A DNA stretch of 64,000 nucleotides from IMG/VR virus record IMGVR_UViG_3300043493_000021, positions 79 to 64,078 of that record, one strand, 5' to 3'. A model generated the notes under the pieces. It was given only the letters and a program-made list of their open reading frames with translations, was not told the origin of the DNA and searched no databases. This stretch comes from a virus. Shown here piece by piece: positions 36,041-45,672 of this stretch. The translations under genes were made by a program, and so were the position numbers. How positions within the stretch are numbered: position 1 is the first letter of the stretch; the number at the start of each line of letters is the position of its first letter.

Positions 36041-37750
36041 CTATGTCCGGGCTATCGCGTAAGGCACGCCCATCGGCTTCCGATACCGTTTACGCTCCAA
36101 CTCCTGCATCTCAAATTCTATCTTCCGCAAGACCACGCCGTTCTTCCTGATCCAGCCCAAACCCATCGACATGCAATCCACGTAATCGTCATGCGCCCCA
36201 TACGGAAAAGACGCGCACTCATCGATCACATCCTGAGCCCAGTCCTTGTCCGGCGCATGGACCACACCCCCATCCCACGTCTCGATCCCGGTCGCCGCGT
36301 CCTTCCGGTAATCCCCTGAAAACAAACCCTCGACCGCCTTCAACCGAGCCACCTTCGACGTCTCGACCTTCACCAAAACCGTGATCCACGCTCCGTCCTG
36401 ATAGATCCGGCAGATCTCGTCATGCACGTCCCGGCCCCGCGTTCGGTGCTCGATCAAAAGGTAATCCGCCTTCCGCCGACGGCACGTCACCGCCACCCTT
36501 TCGACCAGTTCCGCCAACGGCAACCGAGCCCGCCACGCCTCCAAAAGCAAAACCAGCGGCTCACCTTCCTCCCCGGCGAACGCGCCCAAGACCACGCACG
36601 CATTGTAATCGTTCTGAGTGCCCTCCTCGACCGCCGTGTCCAGAATAACGAGCACGGTCCCCAGTTCCGGGTAATCATCCCGTTGCCACAACCGCCACCA
36701 GTCCTTCCGAATGATCGAACCACCCCTCACCCCAGGGATCTGATTGTATTGCGAATCCCACGCATACTGGCCCTTTTCAGCCTGAAGAGCCCGCACCAGA
36801 TCGGGCGGAAATCTCTCAGGCCAGCACAACGTCCCCTCCGCCTTCGCCATCAAAGACCCTGGTAAAACCCTCGGCTCGCCCCGCGCATTCGTCGTCAGTC
36901 CCGCCAGCAACGTCCCATCCGGACCCAGAGCACGAGGGTCCGTCCAAACCTGATCAGCCTCCCCATCCTCGTTCCGCCGCATGACCACCCGAGAAATCCG
37001 TAACGGATCAAATTCCATTGGTATCGAGATAAACTCGTAGCCCTGGCCATACTTAATAAGCGTGCCAGTAGCGTCATCTTCATGCGTGCGTTGCTGAAGA
37101 TTGATGACCACGCTCTTCCCCAGATCGTTCAGCCGATCCGGCATGATCTCCCGAACCCACTTGTTCGTCGAACCGCGAACATCGTCCGACTCAACATTAT
37201 TTGGATTATTAAGATCGTCACAAAGGATGCGATCACCGCGCCAACCAGTAGTGCCGCCACCAGTAGAAGTAACCCGCTTCCAGCCCGTTTTAGCGTTCTC
37301 AACGACCTCACTCCCCTCCCGCGTCAGCTTCACCCGGTCACCCCAGCACAAACGATAAACCGGATCATTCACGATCCGGGCGAATCGGATGTTGTCCCGC
37401 TCCGGAATGCCCGTCGAATACGACGCACTCAAATACCGGAGCCAAGGCATGTTCTGAGGACCCCACTCCCACGCGGGCCACAAACAATTCAGCAACGAAG
37501 ACTTCATAGACCCAGGCACCACATTAATGTTCACCCGGTTCAAATGACCGTCCGTCACCGCCATCAAAACATCGCACAAGCAGTCTAAAACCCAGCCCTC
37601 AATTAGCTTTTTTTCCGGCTCCAGCACCCGCCAAAACATCCGGACAAACGACAACAAATCGTCCTCCGCGTCCTTCGCCATCGCCAGGATCTTCCGACGA
37701 CGAACCAGTTCAGCCTTCGCCGCCTCCCGAACCGCCTCGCTCGCCGACAT
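36041..37750 (-). CDS. terL: Terminase large subunit
   Basis: NINVVPGSMKS (Walker A), G.RGDRILCDD (Walker B), QQRTHEDD, W.SQY.Q.P, DTA, FPYGAHDDYVD nuclease end. Start taken at ATG 37750. Confidence 0.92.
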   Translation of the reverse strand: MSASEAVREAAKAELVRRRKILAMAKDAEDDLLSFVRMFWRVLEPEKKLIEGWVLDCLCDVLMAVTDGHLNRVNINVVPGSMKSSLLNCLWPAWEWGPQNMPWLRYLSASYSTGIPERDNIRFARIVNDPVYRLCWGDRVKLTREGSEVVENAKTGWKRVTSTGGGTTGWRGDRILCDDLNNPNNVESDDVRGSTNKWVREIMPDRLNDLGKSVVINLQQRTHEDDATGTLIKYGQGYEFISIPMEFDPLRISRVVMRRNEDGEADQVWTDPRALGPDGTLLAGLTTNARGEPRVLPGSLMAKAEGTLCWPERFPPDLVRALQAEKGQYAWDSQYNQIPGVRGGSIIRKDWWRLWQRDDYPELGTVLVILDTAVEEGTQNDYNACVVLGAFAGEEGEPLVLLLEAWRARLPLAELVERVAVTCRRRKADYLLIEHRTRGRDVHDEICRIYQDGAWITVLVKVETSKVARLKAVEGLFSGDYRKDAATGIETWDGGVVHAPDKDWAQDVIDECASFPYGAHDDYVDCMSMGLGWIRKNGVVLRKIEFEMQELERKRYRKPMGVPYAIART

Positions 37751-37992
37751 CAGATCGATCCCCCGTTGGGTTCCTGAAATTCCGGGTGATCCTCCTTGAA
37801 CCGCTCCCACGAAGGGCACCCATAGCCGACATCACCCGCGCAATCGGACGCCGGGGCCGCACCACATATCGGGCACGGCTCGAAATCCCAGATCGGCTCG
37901 GCCCTCGTTTCAGTCGGGTCCATCGTTCCAGCCCAGCCTTCCAGCTTTCATTGCCAGCTTTCTACCTCGAAGGCTGAAAGAAAGCTGACACG

Positions 37993-38235
37993 TCACGCCA
38001 CAAAGGGGGATGGACTTCCATCATTTCCATCAACTCCATCATTTCCATCATTAGGTAGAGAAGCTAACCAACGAGCCCGCGCTCCAGCCATCTCAGACTC
38101 GTGCGCGAACCACACCCGCTCACTCATCCGACGAGCCAGATCCCGTAACAATCTGGTCCGCTCCGGAACCACGAAACCCGTTCCGATCACCGAACCATCC
38201 CAGCCCAGTTCGTCGCCCATGACACACCGTCCCAT
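37993..38235 (-). CDS. Possible hypothetical protein in the terS-terL gap
   Basis: 80-aa ORF only; no motif. Confidence 0.25.
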   Translation of the reverse strand: MGRCVMGDELGWDGSVIGTGFVVPERTRLLRDLARRMSERVWFAHESEMAGARARWLASLPNDGNDGVDGNDGSPSPFVA

Positions 38236-38236
38236 T

Positions 38237-38640
38237 CCTGAGAATAATTTAGCGGATGTCAGGCTACCGAATTATTGGGTCATATTGACATACCCGGAAA
38301 TTATTCCGGATCGTTCGCGCGCGCGCTCCCCTTACCGGAAGAGAAGCATCGGACCCATCACCAGCAAAAGCCAAACCGCCCCAAACCCAGCCACACCCAA
38401 TACAAACCGAAACGACGCAATTCCGAAAAACCAAACCCCGGAAATTATCCGCGATATCCCAGCCATCACCCAAATCTCCTTTTTACCCTAATGTTAATAT
38501 ATCGCGCAGAAATTTGAGGCCGTGGCAAGCTCTACCGATAAGCGATTAATTCACTCGCGTAGGGGCGAGGGGGGGGGGTCGAGTGGGCATCCCCGCCCCC
38601 ATGCCCATAGGGCCATGGGTGCGTAACCGATGGGTGACAT
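38237..38640. other. Candidate packaging/terminus (pac/cos) or origin region
   Basis: AT-richer, likely non-coding. Direct repeat CCCGGAAATTAT at 38293-38304 and 38437-38448, 10-G run at 38569-38578, and GC/AT skew inversion. Confidence 0.45.
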
Positions 38641-38731
38641 ACCCACGGGACCGCGCCCCATGATCGCGGGATCATGTGCAATCGTTCGTTTGCGGATGCA
38701 CTACGCCATTGTAAAGACGTTAGAGCGCCGG

Positions 38732-39319
38732 TTAATGCTTTGTCGTCAATGCGTTAGGATCGACCACGGGGCCAGTCTCACCGGCCAGTGCCATCAGTTC
38801 GGCTTCGCTCAGGTCTTCCAGGTTGCGGATGACTCGGACGTCCTTGCGTTCGACAATGTGCCCGTGAAGCTTCGCGAGGTCCATCAGCGCACCGCGCCGG
38901 TCCGCCAACTCGACTTTGAGGGAGCGACCATACTTCGTGACCGATGACGATACGCTCTGGACCGCCGCCGCCTGGTTGTCGGTCAGGTCAGCGCTCGGCT
39001 TGAGCGTCATCCCAGCGGCCTCCCAATCGTAGAAGGTGCGCGGATCAGCGAAGGCCATGCAGGCGAGCGCGTGCGAGATTCTATCCTTGGTGACGACATA
39101 CTGGGCGGCGGCTTTAGCGGTTGCCTCTTCGAGTTTCCGACGTGCGTCGGCGAGAACGGGTGCGAGTTGGGCGTTTTCGAGGAGTCGACCGGCATTCTTG
39201 CTAATCGCCTGAATACTGGTTGTCGGCTTGCAGTTATAGGCTTTGCGGTAAGCATCGGCGGCATTGTTCATGCCGCTTTCGAGATAGAAGCGGATGAATG
39301 CCGCTTGCTTGCCGGTCAT
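38732..39319 (-). CDS. terS: Terminase small subunit
   Basis: MTGKQAAFIRFYLESG.NN.ADAYRKAY...A.RLL.N..., A.MAFAD..., KVELADRRGAL..LAK..G: Terminase_2-like pattern. Confidence 0.85.
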   Translation of the reverse strand: MTGKQAAFIRFYLESGMNNAADAYRKAYNCKPTTSIQAISKNAGRLLENAQLAPVLADARRKLEEATAKAAAQYVVTKDRISHALACMAFADPRTFYDWEAAGMTLKPSADLTDNQAAAVQSVSSSVTKYGRSLKVELADRRGALMDLAKLHGHIVERKDVRVIRNLEDLSEAELMALAGETGPVVDPNALTTKH

Positions 39320-39379
39320 GGTTTTGCCTCCGGGCGCGATGGTTTGCGGCCCGGAGTAGTGCGATCTGGTGCGGTATCG

Positions 39380-39661
39380 TCAAGCCCGTCGTTTTTTGGG
39401 CGCTGATTTGGGTATGGGTGTGACCTGCGGTTCAGGTGTCGCGAGCGGTTTCGCGGGCGGTTGCCCGAGATTGACGACGGCGTGTGGCGTGACCTGCTGG
39501 CCAGGTTGCTTCGCGGCGTGTTGCTGGGTTTCGCGTGCATCGGCGCGATCCAGTAGGTGCTCGACTTGCTGGGCGATTGATCGGTGCTCATCGCGCGCCA
39601 TTTCGCGGAGTGCGGCGACTCGCTCCACTGGGAGTCGGATGGTGATTTGTTCCGTAGCCAT
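39380..39661 (-). CDS. Ribbon-helix-helix (Arc-like) DNA-binding protein
   Basis: ATG 39661 with RBS GGAG: EQITIRLPVERVAALREMARDEHRSIAQQVEHLL. Confidence 0.7.
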   Translation of the reverse strand: MATEQITIRLPVERVAALREMARDEHRSIAQQVEHLLDRADARETQQHAAKQPGQQVTPHAVVNLGQPPAKPLATPEPQVTPIPKSAPKKRRA

Positions 39662-39826
39662 TTGGTTAAGCTCCAATAGTTGACGATCCTTGGATATTGG
39701 TCGCGGTTCATTGGGATGCAAGACACTGGGATTGCCCGGTAGTGTCCGGCGTTCAACGCATATCAGCCATGCACGGATCGTGACATTATTTGGGGTTGTT
39801 TGGGGGTTATTCGACACCATCTAGGC

Positions 39827-39876
39827 TTGACGTGTTTTTATCTGACTAGCCTAACCCGCTCCGGGGTCACGGGGTT
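39827..39876 (+). promoter_or_regulatory. Putative promoter plus third copy of the leader core
   Basis: TTGACG-N16-GCCTAAC immediately followed by CCCGCTCCGGGGTCA closed by AACCCG/CGGGGTT. Confidence 0.45.
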
Positions 39877-40060
39877 GAGGAACAAAAATATCGCTACCCT
39901 GGCAATCCAGGCGATGACGTGGGGCCGGTTCATTCCGCCGCGTTGACACTAGAACCCAACTGACTTTTGAGCCTTCCTGAGCGCCCGATCATCGGACGCT
40001 GAGGTGGGCTCACATTGAGTCTGACGGTGCCCGGACGGTTATCCGGGCGGAGGCTATAAC

Positions 40061-41632
40061 ATGAGTAAAGAGAAGAGCGCGGAAGTTGCCGCGTTGTTGC
40101 GGTCGCGTTGTGGGCTGATTTGGATCGTTTCGCGTGAAGAGGCGCGGGCTGAAGCCAGCGTTTTTGAAGCGGCGGCTTCGGCTGGATACCTCGCTCGTTT
40201 CTGGGATTGTGGGCAAGGCGTGACGGACTCCAGCGGTCGCGTTCAGCCGATAGCGTCGGCTGACCCGTCCGATATGCTCCGCACGATCGCGGAGCGTGGC
40301 GACCGTGGCGCGGAACGGAATGTCTGGGTGCTTCGCGATTTGGCACCTTGGCTTGCTGGTCCTATCGGTATGGCGACGGTGCGCCAGCTTCGCAATTTGG
40401 CGCGTACGTTGCCGACGGTTCCGAGAGACTCGGCGCAAGCGGTCATCGTGCTTTCGACGTCGGCTGACGTGCCGGCGGAGTTAGCCAATCATTGCGCGGT
40501 GCTGGAATGGCCGTTGCCTGGGCGTGGCGAAATTGCCGCCATACTGGACGCGGCCATAGCGGCGTTGCCTGAAGAGCTTCAGAGCGGCGCGGCGGCGAAT
40601 GGAACGCGCGACGCGGCGATTGACGCGGCGGTGGGCCTGAGTGGAGAGGAAGCGGCGGGTTGCTTCGCGAAGTCATTGGTTCGGCTTCGGCGGATCGACC
40701 CGGCGACCGTGGCATCCGAGAAGCGGCGCGTGATTTCACGCGAAAAGCTGCTTGAGTGGTTCGATCCTTTACCGGGCGGGCTGGATGCGGTTGGCGGGCT
40801 GGACCTTCTGAAAGGTTGGCTGGGCACGCGGAAAAACGCCTACTCGCAAGCGGCTCGCGACTATGGGCTACCGGCTCCGAAAGGCGCGTTGCTTGTCGGG
40901 GTGCCTGGTTGCGGTAAATCGCTGACGGCGAAGGCGATTGCGACGGCCTGGGGCGTGCCTTTGCTTCGGCTGGATCTGGGCTCGCTCAAGAGCAAGTTCG
41001 TCGGCGAATCGGAAGGTAACCTGCGGCGGGCGTTGAGCGTGATCGATGCCGTGGGCCGGTGTGTCGTCTGGATCGACGAAGTGGAGAAAGCACTGGCGGG
41101 CGCGACGCAAGGCGCGGCTGACGGTGGCGTTTCAAGCGATGCACTGGGAACAATCCTAAGCTGGATGCAGGATAGAACCGGCGAAAGCTTTGTGATTGCG
41201 ACCGCTAATGACGTGTCCGCGTTGCCTCCTGAGTTGATGCGGAAAGGTCGTTTCGATGAGGTCTGGTTTGTCGATTTGCCCACGGGCGTTGAGCGTGGGG
41301 AGATCGTGCGAGCGGCGTTGCGCTCGCATGGCCGGGAACGTCTGGCATCGCCGGAAGGTGACTGGGGGCCGGTTGTGGCGGCGACTCAGGGGTTCACCGG
41401 GAGCGAGATCGCGGCATTGATACCCGATGCACTCTATGCGGCCTTTGCTGACGGCGGGCGAGAGATCGTGGAGCGTGACCTTCTGACGGCGGCGGCATCG
41501 GTGGTGCCGTTGGCCAAGACGGCGAGCGAGAAGATTGCCGCCTTGCGGGCCTGGGCTGACGGGCGGGCGCGACCGGCGACGACTCCGGAACGTGACGGCG
41601 AGCGCGCGAGCGTTCGGGCTTTAGATATCTGA
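40061..41632 (+). CDS. AAA+ ATPase, Ycf46-like
   Basis: Walker A GVPGCGKS, Walker B VVWIDEVEK, ATAN, LPPELMRKGRFDE. Degenerate N-terminal AAA domain LLRSRCGLIWIVSREE. Confidence 0.85.
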   Translation: MSKEKSAEVAALLRSRCGLIWIVSREEARAEASVFEAAASAGYLARFWDCGQGVTDSSGRVQPIASADPSDMLRTIAERGDRGAERNVWVLRDLAPWLAGPIGMATVRQLRNLARTLPTVPRDSAQAVIVLSTSADVPAELANHCAVLEWPLPGRGEIAAILDAAIAALPEELQSGAAANGTRDAAIDAAVGLSGEEAAGCFAKSLVRLRRIDPATVASEKRRVISREKLLEWFDPLPGGLDAVGGLDLLKGWLGTRKNAYSQAARDYGLPAPKGALLVGVPGCGKSLTAKAIATAWGVPLLRLDLGSLKSKFVGESEGNLRRALSVIDAVGRCVVWIDEVEKALAGATQGAADGGVSSDALGTILSWMQDRTGESFVIATANDVSALPPELMRKGRFDEVWFVDLPTGVERGEIVRAALRSHGRERLASPEGDWGPVVAATQGFTGSEIAALIPDALYAAFADGGREIVERDLLTAAASVVPLAKTASEKIAALRAWADGRARPATTPERDGERASVRALDI

Positions 41633-41731
41633 TCATGATGGTTGCGGCATCCTTCGGGGTGCCGCTTCCATGATGACCCGATCATGGGACATTGGCGACG
41701 CCTGGCGCTAACCGGGCGGGGAGTTAAGAGC

Positions 41732-42568
41732 ATGAGAGTTTCGACGTTGCGACCGGGCTTGCTCGTGTCGCTTTCGACCACCATCAAAGGCAACGTGAGC
41801 TATCGCGTAACCGAAATCGAAGCCGAGCACTTTACCGGCGACGGAACGAAGCGGGCGCGCTGGGAGACGGACAAGCTCATACTTGAGCCAGCCGAGCACG
41901 AGGAAGCCGTGAAGCTTCGCGGCAAGGCGCGGTCCTTGGTGACGGCGGTTTGTTCCGCGTCATCGTTCGGGTTGCTTTGCCCGGAAAGCTCACGGGAAGC
42001 GCTCAACGCGGCGGTGATGGAAGCTCAGGCGATTGCCGACGCTTTCAATTCGCGGGCGAGCGTTACCCGGATGGCGGTGCATGTCATCGTCGGCAAGATT
42101 GGCGACGACGACGCGCAAGCGGTTCGCGCGATCAATGCCGAGGTGCGCGGGCTCATGGAGGCGATGGACCAGGGCTTGCGGAAGCTGGACGTGGCGGCGG
42201 TGCGCGATGCCGCCAACCGGGCTCGCGAGCTTAGCGCGATGCTCACGCCGGAAGCGGCTGGACGGGCTCAGGCGGCGATTGACGCCGCGAGGAGCGCCGC
42301 ACGCCGGATCGTGAAGGCCGGGGAAGAAGCGGCCATCGAAATCGACGCGGCGACGCTCCGGGTTATCCGGGAAGGGCGGGCGGCGTTCCTTGACCTTGAA
42401 GAGGCCGCGCCGATTGCGGACTCGGTGGTCACTGGGCGGGCGCTGGACCTGGACCCTGGGGTGCAGGTTGAGGCGGGCGGCACGGTGGCGGCGACCATTG
42501 ACCTTGACGACGCGCCGCTTGTGCTGAGGGAGGCGGGACCGGTTGCTCAGTTCGGGTTCGAACTGTGA
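41732..42568 (+). CDS. Hypothetical alpha-helical protein (AAA+ cassette partner 1)
   Basis: ATG 41732 after GGAG..AAGAG; 278 aa. Confidence 0.65.
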   Translation: MRVSTLRPGLLVSLSTTIKGNVSYRVTEIEAEHFTGDGTKRARWETDKLILEPAEHEEAVKLRGKARSLVTAVCSASSFGLLCPESSREALNAAVMEAQAIADAFNSRASVTRMAVHVIVGKIGDDDAQAVRAINAEVRGLMEAMDQGLRKLDVAAVRDAANRARELSAMLTPEAAGRAQAAIDAARSAARRIVKAGEEAAIEIDAATLRVIREGRAAFLDLEEAAPIADSVVTGRALDLDPGVQVEAGGTVAATIDLDDAPLVLREAGPVAQFGFEL

Positions 42569-42909
42569 CCTGCGACACGCAAACGCTGCCCGGGCAGACT
42601 TTCACCGAGCGCAAGCAAGAGGTTCGCGACGCCGTCGCGAGCCTTGCGCGGCTCTTGGCGAGCGGCTCAGCTAAGGCGATTGTTTCCCGGGCAACGGGAA
42701 GCATCGCGTTTCGCGGCTGGGCTGGGGGCGAATACGCCCGGATCACGGACGCTTGTGCATACCGGCTCGTTATGGCGACCGGCTCCGCCATGGCGAGGCA
42801 AGCCATAGCGCGGGCGGAGGCACTGGCGGGGCGCACGGTTGATCGAGCGGCGCTGACGGCGGGCATCCATAGCCACGACGGGGGCCGGACGTTTCATAAA
42901 GGACATTGA
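42565..42909 (+). CDS. Hypothetical protein (AAA+ cassette partner 2)
   Basis: GTGA-coupled; ends GIHSHDGGRTFHKGH; ITDACAYR motif. Confidence 0.65.
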   Translation: MTCDTQTLPGQTFTERKQEVRDAVASLARLLASGSAKAIVSRATGSIAFRGWAGGEYARITDACAYRLVMATGSAMARQAIARAEALAGRTVDRAALTAGIHSHDGGRTFHKGH

Positions 42910-43020
42910 CCATGCTGGAAGGCGGGCCGGGATCGTTCCCGGCTACGCCTTCCACAATGGCCAGCGTGTTTCGGATCATTGGCGCGGTGCCTCGCGCGGA
43001 CTCAGGGGCGGAGTGATGAC

Positions 43021-43323
43021 ATGCGAATCACGGTGCAATTCGGACCATGGAATCCCAAGAGATACGGGAAGCCATGGATTGCCAAAGTGACGGCCTGGCC
43101 GGTGGGCAAGGCTCCGACTCTGGAGTTCGGCGCACTGGTGGGGACGACGCCAGAGATTGCCGCCGAGCCTGGGACGGTGGTCCGGTGGGGCCAGCGTGAC
43201 TACCGGGGCAACGGCACGGAACGCCACTGGGGCGTTGTGCTGGATGACGGCACGATAGAGCCGAGGAGCAATGAGGAGTGCCGCGCGCACTGGCTCGCAA
43301 CCATGGCGGAGGCGGTGACATGA
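43021..43323 (+). CDS. Hypothetical protein
   Basis: ATG 43021: N.KRYGKPWIAKV...G.VVRWGQRDYRGN. Confidence 0.55.
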   Translation: MRITVQFGPWNPKRYGKPWIAKVTAWPVGKAPTLEFGALVGTTPEIAAEPGTVVRWGQRDYRGNGTERHWGVVLDDGTIEPRSNEECRAHWLATMAEAVT

Positions 43324-43514
43324 GCATGAGCAAGGACCAGCAACACCTTTTCAATTTCCTGATGGAGGCGAGCAACCGATTGCGTGCGTTCCAGATGTTT
43401 GAGATCGGCCAAGGTCACGGCGCGGTATCGGGGGGCGTCAATCGTGAGGTTGTCCATGCCCTGACACACGTCTGGACCGCCGTGAAGTTAATGGAACAAA
43501 ACGACGGAGGCTGA
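43320..43514 (+). CDS. Hypothetical protein
   Basis: ATGA-coupled, 64 aa. Confidence 0.5.
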   Translation: MSMSKDQQHLFNFLMEASNRLRAFQMFEIGQGHGAVSGGVNREVVHALTHVWTAVKLMEQNDGG

Positions 43515-43516
43515 CC

Positions 43517-43681
43517 ATGGTCATATGGCGGTCGCGCGCCTGGCACGAGAAGAAGGCCAGGAAAGCGGCGGCGCGGGCGGCTGAAATCGCGCGGTTGCGA
43601 GCGATAGAGGACGCACGGGAAACGATGGACGCAATGCTTGCGTCGGTGGTGCGGCATTTGTGTTTTCCGCACACGGTCTGA
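43517..43681 (+). CDS. Hypothetical protein
   Basis: RBS GGAGG, 54 aa (MVIWRSRAWHEKK...); below the ORF-track cutoff. Confidence 0.45.
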   Translation: MVIWRSRAWHEKKARKAAARAAEIARLRAIEDARETMDAMLASVVRHLCFPHTV

Positions 43682-43775
43682 CCACGCCGGATGACATGCC
43701 AGGGCCGTCCTGGGTGTCATCCGCAGCGGTCAGCGCTGAACCCGAGTCCCGGGGATCAGGGGCGGAGTTGAGACA

Positions 43776-44027
43776 ATGCAAGTTTACGAGGAACTATATT
43801 TGCCGGTTGACCAGCTACCCCCGGAGGGGGACTGGACCCTCTATTCCGGCAACAACACGCACAACTCATGGCGGCGACCAGGGCCGGTGCTGGTGGCCCT
43901 GGAGGCCCTGGCGGAGTGGATGAGAGCCCACGCCCCCATGAGCGGGCCGCACGACCCGTTCCCCCTCCTGGTGGCGGCTCGCGAGGCCGTTGACGCGGCC
44001 AGGCTGGACGCGATGGGGGGGCGCTGA
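43776..44027 (+). CDS. Hypothetical protein
   Basis: 83 aa, RBS GGAG. Confidence 0.5.
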   Translation: MQVYEELYLPVDQLPPEGDWTLYSGNNTHNSWRRPGPVLVALEALAEWMRAHAPMSGPHDPFPLLVAAREAVDAARLDAMGGR

Positions 44028-44029
44028 CC

Positions 44030-44323
44030 ATGCGGACCACTTACGGGCCGGTGGCCATGACTCAAGCGATCTGGGACCAATACACGCGGGCCGAGAAAGA
44101 TGCGGCGCGCGACTTGTCCGGCCTGAACCCCCAGCTAATCGGGCTGGAGGGTAGCCGGATCGAAGTGACGGACGCTTACGGGGAGAGACGGCGCTTCTGG
44201 GTGTCGCGTTCTACCGGTTGGCGACCATGCCACCTTGAGATCAGGCGGCGCGGCAACTGGGGCGGCGACGTGGCGACCGGCCCCTACAAAGACATCAGGG
44301 TCGTAGATCGCGGCCCCTTCTGA
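44030..44323 (+). CDS. Hypothetical protein
   Basis: 97 aa: LNPQLIGLEGSRIEV...RRFWVSRSTGWRPCHLEI...GG..A. Confidence 0.55.
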   Translation: MRTTYGPVAMTQAIWDQYTRAEKDAARDLSGLNPQLIGLEGSRIEVTDAYGERRRFWVSRSTGWRPCHLEIRRRGNWGGDVATGPYKDIRVVDRGPF

Positions 44324-44334
44324 CCATGCCGATA

Positions 44335-44361
44335 GGCCAAACCTACCCCCTAGGTTTGGCC
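44335..44361. terminator. Perfect 11-bp intergenic hairpin (terminator or processing site)
   Basis: GGCCAAACCTA-CCCCC-TAGGTTTGGCC; no long U-tract. Confidence 0.45.
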
Positions 44362-44423
44362 CTTCGCGATGGTCCGACCGGACGATCCCGCCGCCCCCCG
44401 GATGTGGGGCCGAGGACAAGAAC

Positions 44424-44714
44424 ATGCCGAAGATGATTACCTACCGAGTCCAGTTGACCCCCGCTGAAATCGACGCTGACGGCGTTGTTTCGTTCGTCAT
44501 CATGGACCCGGGGACACGGGAATATCTCTACGAGACGGACAATCTGGCGAAGCTCCAGGGTGAAATCCGCGCGCTGGTGGCGGACGTTTTCCGGCAAACG
44601 GCGGTTTGTTGGGTGCGACCGATGCCGGGAGCGAAGAAGCCCCCCGGCTTCGATAGGGCCATGGATCAGGTGGCGACGCTACGCTACGTGGCCCCCACCC
44701 CGGTTGAAGTCTGA
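44424..44714 (+). CDS. Hypothetical protein
   Basis: 96 aa, RBS GAGGA. Confidence 0.5.
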   Translation: MPKMITYRVQLTPAEIDADGVVSFVIMDPGTREYLYETDNLAKLQGEIRALVADVFRQTAVCWVRPMPGAKKPPGFDRAMDQVATLRYVAPTPVEV

Positions 44715-44724
44715 CCACCACACG

Positions 44725-44747
44725 GGACGCCCCCAGGCGGGGCGTCC
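44725..44747. terminator. Intergenic 9-bp hairpin
   Basis: GGACGCCCC-CAGGC-GGGGCGTCC; no U-tract. Confidence 0.35.
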
Positions 44748-44804
44748 AAGTGGTAGCCAGTTCGGTTATCAGCGCGCCCCCGCGAGGGGCTGGAGTCAAA
44801 GCAA

Positions 44805-45056
44805 ATGCCGACATTCAAGGTTCGGGTGGAATATGTGGACCACATCGCCCACTACGCCGAAGTATTGATCGAAGCCTCTACCGTGGAGGAGGCGCTGGCC
44901 CAGGTCCAGCGGGATGACGAGGCCGGGGAAATCGACTTCTGCGAGGGTGGGACGCTGGATTGTGACCCGGCGACCTATAGGGCCGTGCCGATCCCCCCCA
45001 CGCCGGAAGAGGCGGCGCTGGCGGACATGACCGCCGCGTATCTCGGGGAGGGCTGA
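44805..45056 (+). CDS. Hypothetical acidic protein
   Basis: 83 aa, F.V.V.......V.IEA.T.EEAL..V pattern. Confidence 0.5.
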   Translation: MPTFKVRVEYVDHIAHYAEVLIEASTVEEALAQVQRDDEAGEIDFCEGGTLDCDPATYRAVPIPPTPEEAALADMTAAYLGEG

Positions 45057-45059
45057 ACC

Positions 45060-45263
45060 ATGGGCACGCGAACCATCGCCACGACCAACAAGGCCCTCGC
45101 GCATTGTCTGGAAGTGCTGGAAACGCTGATAGAGTGGGCCGAGGCCGACGCGGAACATGCGTTTGAGAACGACGCCCCCGAGACCGCGAAAGACGATCTG
45201 CGGCGGCATCACGTCCTCCGCATCGCTCGCGTTTTGGTCGCCAGTTGCCAGAAGGAGGACTGA
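45060..45263 (+). CDS. Hypothetical protein
   Basis: 67 aa, in the coupled array. Confidence 0.45.
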   Translation: MGTRTIATTNKALAHCLEVLETLIEWAEADAEHAFENDAPETAKDDLRRHHVLRIARVLVASCQKED

Positions 45264-45265
45264 GC

Positions 45266-45451
45266 GTGTCGAAAAAGCCCCTCACGAAAAAAGCGATCTG
45301 GAAGAAGCTCCGCAAGCTGAACTTTCGCGCGGTCGATCTGAAACGCGCGATCATGGAGAGCGGGGAAAACCCGTTTCCGGTGGTCCATATGCACACGATA
45401 ATCGCTGAACTGGACCAGGCCATCAAGGCCATGGCCCCCTGGAAGGAGTAA
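45266..45451 (+). CDS. Hypothetical protein
   Basis: GTG 45266 after GGAGG. Confidence 0.45.
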   Translation: MSKKPLTKKAIWKKLRKLNFRAVDLKRAIMESGENPFPVVHMHTIIAELDQAIKAMAPWKE

Positions 45452-45453
45452 AA

Positions 45454-45672
45454 ATGATCGAATACATCTCACACCGGCACGGGTGGTCCATCTATCGGGT
45501 GGACCTTCCCAAGACTTACCGAACGCCGGAACGGTGGATGGAATATGCGCTACCGGACGACCCGAAAGAGCGGACGGCGGCGCACAAGGCCGCGCTTCGG
45601 AAGCTGGAGCGGACGGCGACGCTGAACGGGGTCAAGGTTCAGGTGCTCGCCTCCCCCAAGCGTTTCGGCTGA
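45454..45672 (+). CDS. Hypothetical protein
   Basis: 72 aa, RBS GGAG. Confidence 0.45.
   Translation: MIEYISHRHGWSIYRVDLPKTYRTPERWMEYALPDDPKERTAAHKAALRKLERTATLNGVKVQVLASPKRFG

Noticed and set aside
38200-40060. tRNA or other known ncRNA in the long intergenic gaps
   Set aside because: No cloverleaf or T-loop/anticodon-arm pattern seen by eye; tRNAscan/Infernal not run.
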